Source: a virus
Lineage: Duplodnaviria; Caudoviricetes
DNA: 42,191 bases
Strand: one strand, 5' to 3'
IMG/VR virus record: IMGVR_UViG_3300026233_000025
Coordinates: 1 to 42,191 of that record
In this document: piece after piece, positions 8,964 through 17,475 of the stretch
Layout: every line of letters begins with the position of its first letter
Position numbering within the stretch: position 1 is the stretch's first letter
The notes under the pieces: generated by a model
Databases searched by the model: none
What the model was told of the DNA's origin: nothing
Seen by the model: only the letters and a program-made list of their open reading frames with translations
Program-made: the position numbers and the translations under genes

Positions 8964-9075
8964 GCGCGCAAATATGCTCGCAGGATTTGTCGCGTAGCCA
9001 CGGGCAGCGATGTTGACTGAGAGGGCCAAATCAGTTCAGCCAATAGCGACTTTCTGTTAGCAACGGATAGTCTCT

Positions 9076-9336
9076 ATGGGACAAATTATCCCTCCGCGCA
9101 ACACCGAGGACAAGGCGTCGCCATCGCGAATCGCCCGAGCCGTACTGGGTTCCCGACGCCTCGCGGAGCTCTGTGAGCGTACCACTGAGGCGATCCGCAA
9201 GTGGGACCGGCCTCGCTCGAAAGGTGGAACCGGCGGCCTAATCCCTTCCGAGTTTCAGGCTCGCATCTTGCGGGTGGCTGAAGATGAGGGGCTTCCGTTG
9301 GGCCCCCGCGATCTGATCGGGGAGGCGGTGCAATGA
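9076..9336 (+). CDS. Cro-like regulator
   Basis: Divergent from cI; LGSRRLAELC...AIRKW...KGGTGGLIP. Confidence 0.8.
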   Translation: MGQIIPPRNTEDKASPSRIARAVLGSRRLAELCERTTEAIRKWDRPRSKGGTGGLIPSEFQARILRVAEDEGLPLGPRDLIGEAVQ

Positions 9337-9707
9337 GAGCGCCGCATCGCGAACGCCGTTCGCCTGCTCACCCTTCCGCTGCCCGGGCCGCATGGCTGTT
9401 CGTGCTCAACGCGGCCGTCGATGCGGCCGGCGACCCGGCGGTCCAGCCTTACGAGCTGATCGGCGCGTTGCGGGGGCTGTCCGAGGTCAACTTCCCGTTG
9501 GCGGCTGGCGATGCGCGGCGGCGGTTCGTCAAGGCGTTCTGCGATCAGGCCCGCGCCTGGTGCGAGGCGTCCGCGACCACTCGGAAGACGTTCGCCGGCG
9601 TTCTCGCCGAGGGCGCTCGCGCCCTCCAGGATCTGATGGTCGAGCAAGGGACCGAGATCGCGGCGGCGGCGCGTGCACGGATGGGCTTCGGGGGCGACGA
9701 TGCGTGA
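9333..9707 (+). CDS. Hypothetical protein (CII position)
   Basis: 124-aa ORF, ATGA overlap with cro. Confidence 0.65.
   Translation: MRAPHRERRSPAHPSAARAAWLFVLNAAVDAAGDPAVQPYELIGALRGLSEVNFPLAAGDARRRFVKAFCDQARAWCEASATTRKTFAGVLAEGARALQDLMVEQGTEIAAAARARMGFGGDDA
9349..9363. repeat. Dispersed palindrome copy 3 (GCGAACGCCGTTCGC)
   Basis: Perfect 15-mer; 5' end of the gene after cro. Confidence 0.85.
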
Positions 9708-10155
9708 CCGGCCCCGGCGCGAGCCCGTCAGCGCGGTCGAGATCGCCTTCGTAACCGAGAAGCGTCGCCTGCGGGCGAGTTGGGACGCCTGCGCAGCCAT
9801 GCTCGACCGATCGGTCCACGACCTCCGTTTGGCCTGCGATCCATCCTACGCGCGTCTGCATCCCGGTTCACGGCCGCCGACCGTGGTCGCGGAGGCGGTG
9901 AAGGAGCCCCCCAAGCCGGCGTCGCGGGACATCGTCGGCCGCCGGACCATCGAGGCGCGCACTCTGGTCAGCGTGGCCGGCGGCTGCCGCAAACCGGCGC
10001 AGGTCGCACTCGCGCTCGGCATCACCTCGGCGAGCGCGACGATCGCGCTCATATCGCTGCAGAAGAAGGAGCTGATCGACCACGACGCGGCCGGCTGGTC
10101 GGCGACGCGGTCCGGCCACGCCCAAGCGCTCCGCTTGGGGGGCAATCATGGCTGA
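9700..10155 (+). CDS. Hypothetical protein with HTH/wHTH-like regions
   Basis: ATG 9700; KPAQVALALGIT...LQKKELI. Confidence 0.65.
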   Translation: MRDRPRREPVSAVEIAFVTEKRRLRASWDACAAMLDRSVHDLRLACDPSYARLHPGSRPPTVVAEAVKEPPKPASRDIVGRRTIEARTLVSVAGGCRKPAQVALALGITSASATIALISLQKKELIDHDAAGWSATRSGHAQALRLGGNHG

Positions 10156-11926
10156 CGGCTCGGCGGCTCCAATCGCCGCGGACGGCTGCGCGACTGAAGA
10201 CGGTCTCGACGTCGTCTACTTCGCCGGCTGCGGCGGATCGTCAGAGGCCTACAAGATCGCGCTTGGCAAGCATCCCGACGTGGCGCTGAACCACAACGAG
10301 ATCGCCATCGGCGTCCATATGGCGAACTGCCCGGACACAGAACACTTCGTCGCCGACGTGTTCGACGTCGACCCCACCGTGATCCGGCCTGGCGTCAAAT
10401 GGCGGTCGTTCTGGGCGTCGCCCGACTGCCGTCATTTCTCCAAGGCGAAGGGCAGCGCGCCCGTCAGTCCCCGCATTCGCGGCCTGGCCTGGGTGGTGAT
10501 CAAGGTCGCCAAGCTGCTCGGATCGAACCGGCCGGACGTCATCTTTCTGGAGAACGTTGAGGAGTTTCGAGATTGGGGGCCGCTCAAGCCTCCCGACGAA
10601 CAGGGTCGGCGACTGCCCGATCCGGCCCGCAAGGGCGCCACCTTCCGGCTGTGGGTCCGCCGGCTGGAACAGTGCGGCTACACCGTCGAATGGCGGGTGG
10701 AAAGCGCGGCGGATAGTGGGGTTCCCACGATCAGAAGGCGCCTGTTCCTGATCGCGCGTTGCGACGGCATGCCGATCGTGTGGGAGGGGCCAACCCACGC
10801 GCCCCGCAAGATCGCCGCCGCCAAGGGGCTCAAGCCCTACGAGCGCGCCGCCGACTGCATCGATTTCACCCGGCCCTGCCCGTCCATCTTCGCCACCCAG
10901 GAGGAGCTGAAGGCCGCCGGCATCAAGGCCAAGCGGCCGCTCGAGGAGGCGACGCTTCGGCGCATCGCGAAAGGCGTCGAGCGGTACGTCATCGGCGCGG
11001 CCGAGCCGTTTGTCGTTCAGATCGCCAATTGGTCGCGCGATAGCTTGCATTCGGCGGGCGAACCGCTGCGGACCGTGACCGCCTATCCGAAGGGCGGGTC
11101 GTTCGCGGTTGTGGCGCCGCACATCACCAAGTTTCGAGCGGGGGCTGTCGGTCATGACATGCGCGATCCGCTGGCCACGGTGACGGCCAACAGTTTCGAG
11201 AAGCGCCCTGGGGGCGCGGTCCCGTTGGGGGTCGCCGCCGCCATGCTGACGAAGTTCAGCGAGAACAGCATCGGTCACCTTCCGGACGAGCCGTTGCACA
11301 CGGTCATGGCGGGCGCGCCACGACACGGCCTCGTGTCGGCGTTCCTGGAGCAGGCGAACACCGGGCTGATTGGAAGGGCCGCGGTCGAACCCGTCAGCAC
11401 CATCGTCAGCAAGAGCTGCACTCAACGCGTGATCGCCGCGGCGCTCAGCCATGCCTACACCTCGAATACCGCCGGGGGGATGGGCGATCCTCGCGAGCCC
11501 GCCAAGACCATTACGGCCGGCGGCAATCACCACTACCTGCTGGAACTGCCGATGCGGCGGCCCTTCTCGCCGCATGGGGACGAGCTGCGCGCCTTCCTCG
11601 TCAAATACTACGGCGCGGCCGAGGCCGCCGACATCGCTGATCCGCTGCACAGTGTGACCAGTCGCGCCCGCTTCGGCCTGGTCATGGTCGCCGGCGAGGT
11701 GTTCCAGATCAGCGACATTGGCATGCGGATGCTGTGGCCGGACGAGCTGAAGGCCGCTCAGGGCTTTCCCAAGCACTACGTCACCGGCTGGAGCGCCATC
11801 CACGGCCCTATCACCAAGACCGCCGAGACCATGCTGATCGGCAACTCGGTGTCGCCCAAGCATGGGGCCAAGCATATCCGCGCCAATCTCGCCGGCGGGG
11901 CCTGGAAATGGAGGGTCGCCGCGTGA
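10148..11926 (+). CDS. DNA (cytosine-5) methyltransferase
   Basis: FAGCGG (motif I), ASPDC (IV), ENV (VI), RRRLF (VIII), AQGFP and IGNSV (IX/X). Confidence 0.92.
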   Translation: MADGSAAPIAADGCATEDGLDVVYFAGCGGSSEAYKIALGKHPDVALNHNEIAIGVHMANCPDTEHFVADVFDVDPTVIRPGVKWRSFWASPDCRHFSKAKGSAPVSPRIRGLAWVVIKVAKLLGSNRPDVIFLENVEEFRDWGPLKPPDEQGRRLPDPARKGATFRLWVRRLEQCGYTVEWRVESAADSGVPTIRRRLFLIARCDGMPIVWEGPTHAPRKIAAAKGLKPYERAADCIDFTRPCPSIFATQEELKAAGIKAKRPLEEATLRRIAKGVERYVIGAAEPFVVQIANWSRDSLHSAGEPLRTVTAYPKGGSFAVVAPHITKFRAGAVGHDMRDPLATVTANSFEKRPGGAVPLGVAAAMLTKFSENSIGHLPDEPLHTVMAGAPRHGLVSAFLEQANTGLIGRAAVEPVSTIVSKSCTQRVIAAALSHAYTSNTAGGMGDPREPAKTITAGGNHHYLLELPMRRPFSPHGDELRAFLVKYYGAAEAADIADPLHSVTSRARFGLVMVAGEVFQISDIGMRMLWPDELKAAQGFPKHYVTGWSAIHGPITKTAETMLIGNSVSPKHGAKHIRANLAGGAWKWRVAA

Positions 11927-14460
11927 CGAACGCCGTTCGCGACGCCTATCACGACTTCCTGGCGGCCAAGGTGCCGCCGGCTCCCCGCTGCGGCTTCGAG
12001 ATCGAGCCCGACCGGGTCAATCCGATCCTCAAGGACCATCAGCGGGCCATGGTCTGCTGGGCGGTCCGTCTCGGCCGGGCCGCCCTGTTCGCCGCCTTCG
12101 GCCTGGGGAAAAGCGTCGTCCAGTTGGAGATTGCGCGGATCATGCGCGAGATCTCCGGCGGGATGGGCCTGATCGTCATCCCGCTCGGCGTGCGGCAAGA
12201 GTTCATGCGGGACGCCGCCATGCTGGGCGTTCGCGTCCGGTTCATTCGGCGGATCGAGGAGGCGGACGATCCCGGGGGCCTCTACCTGACCAACTACGAG
12301 ACGGTTCGGGACGGCAAGCTCGACCCATCCTGTTTCGCGGTCGCCTGCCTGGACGAGGCCAGCGTTCTGCGAGGCTTCGGCGGCTCCAAGACCTTTCGCG
12401 AGTTCATGCGCCTGTTCGACCAGGTCGCCTATCGCTTCGTCGCCACGGCCACGCCGTCGCCCAACGATTTCATAGAGCTGCTCGCCTATTCGGCGTTCCT
12501 GGGCGTGATGGATGTCGGGCAGGCCAAGACCCGGTTTTTCCGGCGAGACAGCGAGCACGCCGACGCCCTCACCCTGCACCCGCACAAAGAGCGCGAGTTC
12601 TGGCTGTGGTGCGCAAGCTGGGGTCTGTTCGTCCAGCGGCCGAGCGATCTCGGCTTCTCCGACGACGGCTACGACCTGCCGCCCCTGCAGGTGATCTATC
12701 ACGAAGTGCCGGTGGACCATCGGGCCGCCGGAACCGACAAGAGCGGCCAGGGCCGCCTATTCCAGGACGATGCGGTCGGCGTGGTCGCGGCGTCCAAGGT
12801 CAAGCGCGACACCCTGGAGGCCCGCATCCGGAAGATGCGCGAGATCCTCGCGGCCGACCCCGAGGGGCGCTACATCCTGTGGCACGATCTGGAGGCCGAG
12901 CGGGCGGCGATCGAGCTCGCCCTGCCGAACGTCGTCAGCGTGTTCGGCTCCCAGGATCTTGAGGCGCGCGAACAGGCGATCGTCCTGTTCAGCGACGGCT
13001 GGTTTCCCTATCTCGCGGCCAAGCCGGTGATCGCCGGCTCAGGCTGCAACTTCCAGCGCCATTGCCACAAGGCGGTCTTCCTGGGGATCGGCTTCAAATT
13101 CAACGACTTCATCCAGGCGATCCACCGCATCCAGCGATTCCTGCAGGGGCATCCCGTCGAGATCCACGTGATCTACGCCGAGAGCGAGCGCGCCGTGCTG
13201 CGGACCCTGCTGGAGAAGTGGGCGCAGCACGAGGAAATGGCGAAGACCATGAGCGCGATCATCCGCGAATACGGCCTGTCCAACGCCGACATGGCGAAGG
13301 TGCTCACCCGCGCCATGGGCGTGAAGGATCGGATCGAGGTGACCGGCGACAACTATCGCTTGGTGAACGAAGACACCGTCGTCGAAACGCGACGGATGCC
13401 GGCGGACAGCGTGGGCCTGATCGTCACCTCGATCCCGTTCTCGACGCAGTACGAGTATTCGCCGAACTACGCCGATTTCGGACACACCGACGACAACGCC
13501 CATTTCTGGCGACAGATGGACTTTCTCGCCCCGGAGCTGCTGCGCGTGCTCGCGCCGGGCCGGGTGGCCGCCATCCACGTGAAGGACCGGATCGTGCCAG
13601 GGGGTATGACCGGCCTCGGCTTTCAGACCGTCTACCCGTTCGCGGACGACTGCCGGGCGTGCTTCCGCAAGGCCGGCTTCGCCTACCTCGGCGAAAAGAC
13701 CAACCTGACCGACGTCGTCCGCGAGAACAACCAGACCTATCGGCTGGGCTGGAGCGAGCAGTGCAAGGACGGATCGCGCATGGGCGCGGGCCTGCCGGAA
13801 AAGGTGCTGCTGTTCCGCAAGCCGCCCTCCGACCTGTCCAACGGTTACGCCGACCGGCCGGTGTCGAAGGACAAGGATCGCTACAGCCGGGCGCGCTGGC
13901 AGCTCGACGCGCACCACTTGATGCGCTCCTCCGGCGACCGCCTGGTCGCGCCGGAGGAGTGGGCCAAGGTCGAGAAGGCCGAAGACGTCTGGCGGCTGTG
14001 GAAAGCCTTCAATCTCGACCGGCTTTACGACTTCGAGCACCACGTCAAGGTGGGCGAAGCGCTGGACGCAAAAGGCAAATTGCCGCCGACCTTCATGTTG
14101 CTGCCGCCGCACAGTTGGCACGACGACGTCTGGACCGATGTCGCCCAGATGCTGTCGCTCAACACCGTCCAGGCCCAGCAGGGCGCGGAAAAGCACCTGT
14201 GCCCCCTGCCCTTCGATATCGTCGACCGGCTGATCATCCAGTGTTCCGAGCCGGGCGACGTGGTGTTCGATCCGTTCGGCGGCCTGATGACCGTGCCCTA
14301 TCGCGCCATCAAGCACGGGCGCGTCGGCTGGGCGAACGAGCTGAACCCGGCCTACTTTCTCGACGGTGTGAAGCACGTCGAGGCCATGGCGCGCGAGATG
14401 GCGACGCCGACCCTCTTCGACCTGATCGGCGAGCGTAGCGCGCCGGAGGCGGCTGCGTGA
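11923..14460 (+). CDS. SNF2-like helicase / N4-N6 DNA methyltransferase fusion
   Basis: GLGKS, LDEAS, ATATP, QAIHRIQR helicase motifs, then TSIPF (motif IV-like), HLCP and DPFGG (motif I) in beta-class order; GTG start in a GTGA overlap. Confidence 0.88.
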   Translation: MTNAVRDAYHDFLAAKVPPAPRCGFEIEPDRVNPILKDHQRAMVCWAVRLGRAALFAAFGLGKSVVQLEIARIMREISGGMGLIVIPLGVRQEFMRDAAMLGVRVRFIRRIEEADDPGGLYLTNYETVRDGKLDPSCFAVACLDEASVLRGFGGSKTFREFMRLFDQVAYRFVATATPSPNDFIELLAYSAFLGVMDVGQAKTRFFRRDSEHADALTLHPHKEREFWLWCASWGLFVQRPSDLGFSDDGYDLPPLQVIYHEVPVDHRAAGTDKSGQGRLFQDDAVGVVAASKVKRDTLEARIRKMREILAADPEGRYILWHDLEAERAAIELALPNVVSVFGSQDLEAREQAIVLFSDGWFPYLAAKPVIAGSGCNFQRHCHKAVFLGIGFKFNDFIQAIHRIQRFLQGHPVEIHVIYAESERAVLRTLLEKWAQHEEMAKTMSAIIREYGLSNADMAKVLTRAMGVKDRIEVTGDNYRLVNEDTVVETRRMPADSVGLIVTSIPFSTQYEYSPNYADFGHTDDNAHFWRQMDFLAPELLRVLAPGRVAAIHVKDRIVPGGMTGLGFQTVYPFADDCRACFRKAGFAYLGEKTNLTDVVRENNQTYRLGWSEQCKDGSRMGAGLPEKVLLFRKPPSDLSNGYADRPVSKDKDRYSRARWQLDAHHLMRSSGDRLVAPEEWAKVEKAEDVWRLWKAFNLDRLYDFEHHVKVGEALDAKGKLPPTFMLLPPHSWHDDVWTDVAQMLSLNTVQAQQGAEKHLCPLPFDIVDRLIIQCSEPGDVVFDPFGGLMTVPYRAIKHGRVGWANELNPAYFLDGVKHVEAMAREMATPTLFDLIGERSAPEAAA
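11926..11940. repeat. Dispersed palindrome copy 4 (ACGAACGCCGTTCGC)
   Basis: Exact core at the C5-MTase/SNF2-MTase junction. Confidence 0.8.
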
Positions 14461-14669
14461 TCGTCGGCCGTCCGTTTCACGCGCCTATCCCCGTCGTCTT
14501 GCCGGATCAGCCGATGAGCGAGCCTGAACGGCTGCTGCGGGCCTGGGCGCACGTCTCGAACCACGAGATCCGAGCCATGCTCGCTGACCGCAAATCATGG
14601 CGAGATCCGCTGACCAGGGAGGTTCGTCAGCGCGTCCTTTTGCTGCGGGCCGAAAGGGGCGCGACATGA
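14457..14669 (+). CDS. Hypothetical protein
   Basis: 70 aa, 4-bp overlaps on both sides. Confidence 0.6.
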   Translation: MIVGRPFHAPIPVVLPDQPMSEPERLLRAWAHVSNHEIRAMLADRKSWRDPLTREVRQRVLLLRAERGAT

Positions 14670-15679
14670 GCGAGCGCGCCTGTTCGTGGGCCCAGGATCA
14701 GGACTGCCCGACCAAGACCGCCAAGTTCTTGTTGATGCGGCTCGGCGCCTACGCCGACGCCGATGGCGTCGCATGGGCCTATGTCGAGCGGCTCGCCAAG
14801 GAGATGCAAACCACGGACCGCACGGTGCAGCGATGCCTGCGGGCGTTGGAGGTCGCGAAGCTGATCGAGCGAACCGGCGGGTTCCATCACCGCAACGTCC
14901 CCTATTATCGCCTCCGGCTCGACCCCGACGAGGCCGTCTGCGGCTCCCGAACGGTGACACGGGTGTCACCGTTGGCGCATGTGGCGGGGGCGACCGACCG
15001 GGCGCAGGGCTGCTCGAACGGTGACACCCATGTCACCGTTGGCGGCTCGAACGGTGACATGGGTGTCACCGTTGACCCTGCGAACGGTGACACGGGTGTC
15101 ACCCCAAAGCAGAGATTATCCTCTGAGAGTAATCCTGACGGATCACTCTCAGAGGACGGGCGCGCGCGCGGCGTCGGCGCGTTCGAGCGGTTCATGGCGG
15201 CCTACCCCGAGAGCGGGGCCAAGCGGACCGACTGGCGCGCCGCCCTGGCAGCGTTCGACGGCGCGGCCGGGTTGGTCGCTGCGGAGAGGCTGATCGGCGC
15301 GGCCGAGCGGTTTGCGGCCGATCCGGACCTCGCCAAGGGCGACTTCGGCGCGCCGGCGGCCGAGCGTTGGCTCGCCGGGGAGCGCTGGCGTCCGTTCTTG
15401 CCGCCGAAGGGTGCGGCGGCTCGAACCGTCGCTGCGACGCCGTCCCCCTGGCCCACGCCGCCGGACGCGCTGCGACGGTCGTTCGCCGCCAAGCATGGCG
15501 ACGCCCTGGCGGCCAGCTATTTCCCGGTCGGTCATCTGCCTGAGCGCCGGTTGCTGGTCGCGAGGACGGGCACGGCCCGCGACTGGCTGCGGGCGAACGC
15601 CGCCGATTGGCTGACGGCCGAAGGGCTTTCCGTGTGCTCAGCGGCCGAGGCCGGCCGCCAAAATCAAGCTGAGGGGTGA
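14666..15679 (+). CDS. Phage replication initiator (lambda O-like, N-terminal wHTH)
   Basis: AKFLLMRLGAYAD...VERLAKEMQTTDRTVQRCLRALE; contains internal iterons. Confidence 0.85.
   Translation: MSERACSWAQDQDCPTKTAKFLLMRLGAYADADGVAWAYVERLAKEMQTTDRTVQRCLRALEVAKLIERTGGFHHRNVPYYRLRLDPDEAVCGSRTVTRVSPLAHVAGATDRAQGCSNGDTHVTVGGSNGDMGVTVDPANGDTGVTPKQRLSSESNPDGSLSEDGRARGVGAFERFMAAYPESGAKRTDWRAALAAFDGAAGLVAAERLIGAAERFAADPDLAKGDFGAPAAERWLAGERWRPFLPPKGAAARTVAATPSPWPTPPDALRRSFAAKHGDALAASYFPVGHLPERRLLVARTGTARDWLRANAADWLTAEGLSVCSAAEAGRQNQAEG
14948..15156. repeat. Replication origin: four palindromic iterons plus an inverted repeat
   Basis: CGAACGGTGACA-NNN-TGTCACC(GTTG) at 14948, 15015, 15048, 15081, followed by AT-richer sequence and TCCTCTGAGAGT...ACTCTCAGAGGA. 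Confidence 0.85.
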
Positions 15680-15683
15680 GGCG

Positions 15684-16658
15684 ATGGGTGTCGACGCCGT
15701 GAAGATCGAAGCGCAGACCGAGGCCCCTGAGCTGATGATGCTCGGCCCGGTCCCGTTCGTGATCCCGAGCAAGGGGCTCGCGCTGCCCTGGTATCTGGAA
15801 GCCAAGCTCAAGGAGGCTCGCGACGAGGCCGCGCGCCAGTCGATCGCGGTCCGCCCGGACTGGCGACAGGTGCAACGATTGGTCGCCGACCTGGAGCGCC
15901 GCATAGGCACCACGCCCGATCAGATCATCACGGCCACCCGCGGTATGACGTTTGATCGGGGGTGCGGCCCGCGTTCGGTGCAATCGCGGCAAGCGGTCCG
16001 GCGGGCGGAGCGAATTGGTCCGACCGCCGCCCAGCGGGCCAGGCTGCGGCGCGCCGACAAACTCAGCGCTGGCGACGTCAACAGCAAGCGAATGGCGGTC
16101 AGCATCCGCCGTCAGGTCGAGGCCGAGCTGAAGGAGCAAGCGCGCCTGCGAGCGGTCGAGGCCGGGATCGCCGAAACGCTGCAGCTCGCCGCGCTGCGGG
16201 GCGAGCAGTTCTCCTATACCCGCGACAAGTTGGGGGCGGTCAGACTGGATGATCGGCACGGCCTGCAGTCGCTCATGCAGTCCGGCAAGATCACGTCAAG
16301 GCAATGTCGGGCGGGTCTCGCCTATGCCGTGCTCTACGTCATCGAACAACGCGACTTGCGCTCGGGCCTAGCCCAAGCCGCCCCGACCTCGACCCGCGAT
16401 CACGATCCCGCCGGCGTTCGCTTTCTGCGGGCGAAGGACGCTGTTCTGCGCGACAGGGTCGAGCAAGCGATAGCCCGTTCCGCCAGCGGCGAACGTCGGC
16501 TGCTGCTGTTGCGAACCGTCGCCGGCGAGGGGCGGTCGCTTCGTAGCCTTTGCTCTGGCGGCTCGATGTGGGACGCCGGCCTGCGCGGTTTGTGCGCGGC
16601 GCTGGATCAGGTCGAACGCGCGCTCGGCGATCGAGAAATAGACCGCTTGACAAGGTGA
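15684..16658 (+). CDS. Putative late-gene regulator/antiterminator (DUF6456-like C-terminus)
   Basis: Lambda Q position; GLQSLMQSGKITSRQCRAG...LRTVAGEGRSL...LCAALD; followed by a promoter and terminator. Confidence 0.6.
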   Translation: MGVDAVKIEAQTEAPELMMLGPVPFVIPSKGLALPWYLEAKLKEARDEAARQSIAVRPDWRQVQRLVADLERRIGTTPDQIITATRGMTFDRGCGPRSVQSRQAVRRAERIGPTAAQRARLRRADKLSAGDVNSKRMAVSIRRQVEAELKEQARLRAVEAGIAETLQLAALRGEQFSYTRDKLGAVRLDDRHGLQSLMQSGKITSRQCRAGLAYAVLYVIEQRDLRSGLAQAAPTSTRDHDPAGVRFLRAKDAVLRDRVEQAIARSASGERRLLLLRTVAGEGRSLRSLCSGGSMWDAGLRGLCAALDQVERALGDREIDRLTR

Positions 16659-16680
16659 CACACGAAAGCGCATCAAAGGC
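16647..16680 (+). promoter_or_regulatory. Late promoter (pR'-like)
   Basis: TTGACA at 16647..16652 at the end of the regulator gene; -10 element uncertain. Confidence 0.55.
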
Positions 16681-16702
16681 TCATTGCACGAAGTGCATCC
16701 GC

Positions 16703-16734
16703 AACCCGCCCCGGCCCCGCCGCGGCGGGTTTTT
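16703..16734 (+). terminator. Intrinsic terminator (tR'-like)
   Basis: AACCCGCC...GGCGGGTTTTT stem with U tract shortly after the late promoter. Confidence 0.7.
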
Positions 16735-16791
16735 CGTGCCCGCCAACCACTCATCGCCTCGTCCGTCCACCACCCGCCGCCCGCCGGGGCG

Positions 16792-16848
16792 CGGGTCCCC
16801 TCCGGGGCCGGCCGGCCCATGCGGTGGGGCGAGGCGCGGCATTTTCGC
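16792..16848 (+). other. Putative cos site (cosQ/cosN-like)
   Basis: CGGGTCCCCTCCGG...ATGC-GGTGGGGCGAGG-CGCGGCATTTTCGC aligns with lambda CGGGTCCTTTCCGG...TTACG-GGGCGGCGACCT-CGCGGGTTTTCGC; directly upstream of terS. Confidence 0.6.
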
Positions 16849-16893
16849 AGACAAACCGTTTCAGGGATTTTGAAGTCCGTGAACAAGCCGCTC

Positions 16894-17475
16894 ATGACGC
16901 AGGCGGAGTACGCGGCGTATCGCGGCGTTAAGCCGTCCGCCGTCTCCAACTGGAAGAAGGCCGGGCACGTCCTGTTCGCCGAAGGCGAAGACAGCAAGCT
17001 GTACGTCGATGTCGCCCGGACGGACGCTCGGCTTGCGGCCAAGCTGGACCCGACCCGGGGCCGCCCGACGACGACACAGGCCGTCCAGGCCTCGACGACG
17101 CTGTTTCAAGCTGCGCGTCCCGACGCTGAAGCTGGCGGTGGGGTCACCGACGCTCGCTCGGAGCTGATGCGGGAACAGACGATCGGCCACCGGCTGAAGA
17201 ATGCGAAAGAGGCGAAGGAGTTACTGCCGGTCGTCGAATACGAACGGCGCGCGGCCGAGCTAGGCCGGCTGGCTCGCGAGCGGATGCACTCGATCGTGCG
17301 CACCCTGTCGGAGCGGCTCGCGGCCGAGCGAGATCCGCGCCAGGTGACCGCCCTGCTGGCGTCCGAGGTGGATAGGGCGTTCAACGAACTCGCCGACCAG
17401 GTCGAAGCCGGAGCCCTGGACGCCGCGTCCGACGAGCCGCTCGCCCAAGCCGGCCTGGACGACGAGGCCGAGTGA
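16894..17475 (+). CDS. Terminase small subunit (Nu1-like)
   Basis: MTQAEYAAYRGVKPSAVSNWKKAG wHTH; precedes terL; alternative GTG start at 16879. Confidence 0.85.
   Translation: MTQAEYAAYRGVKPSAVSNWKKAGHVLFAEGEDSKLYVDVARTDARLAAKLDPTRGRPTTTQAVQASTTLFQAARPDAEAGGGVTDARSELMREQTIGHRLKNAKEAKELLPVVEYERRAAELGRLARERMHSIVRTLSERLAAERDPRQVTALLASEVDRAFNELADQVEAGALDAASDEPLAQAGLDDEAE

Noticed and set aside
9349-9363. Dispersed palindrome as a LexA/SOS box
   Set aside because: The Gram-positive box is GAAC-N4-GTTC, whereas the spacer here is N3. The alphaproteobacterial box is a direct repeat, seen separately at 41197..41211.
14948-15103. Iterons as a mini-CRISPR
   Set aside because: Gaps between adjacent copies are only about 6 bp, and the repeats lie in frame within an initiator gene, typical of a lambdoid origin.
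960-16420. Half-sites of the palindrome (about 965, 1198, 6588, 12227, 15593, 16413)
   Set aside because: Only one arm matches; expected by chance in GC-rich DNA and not counted.
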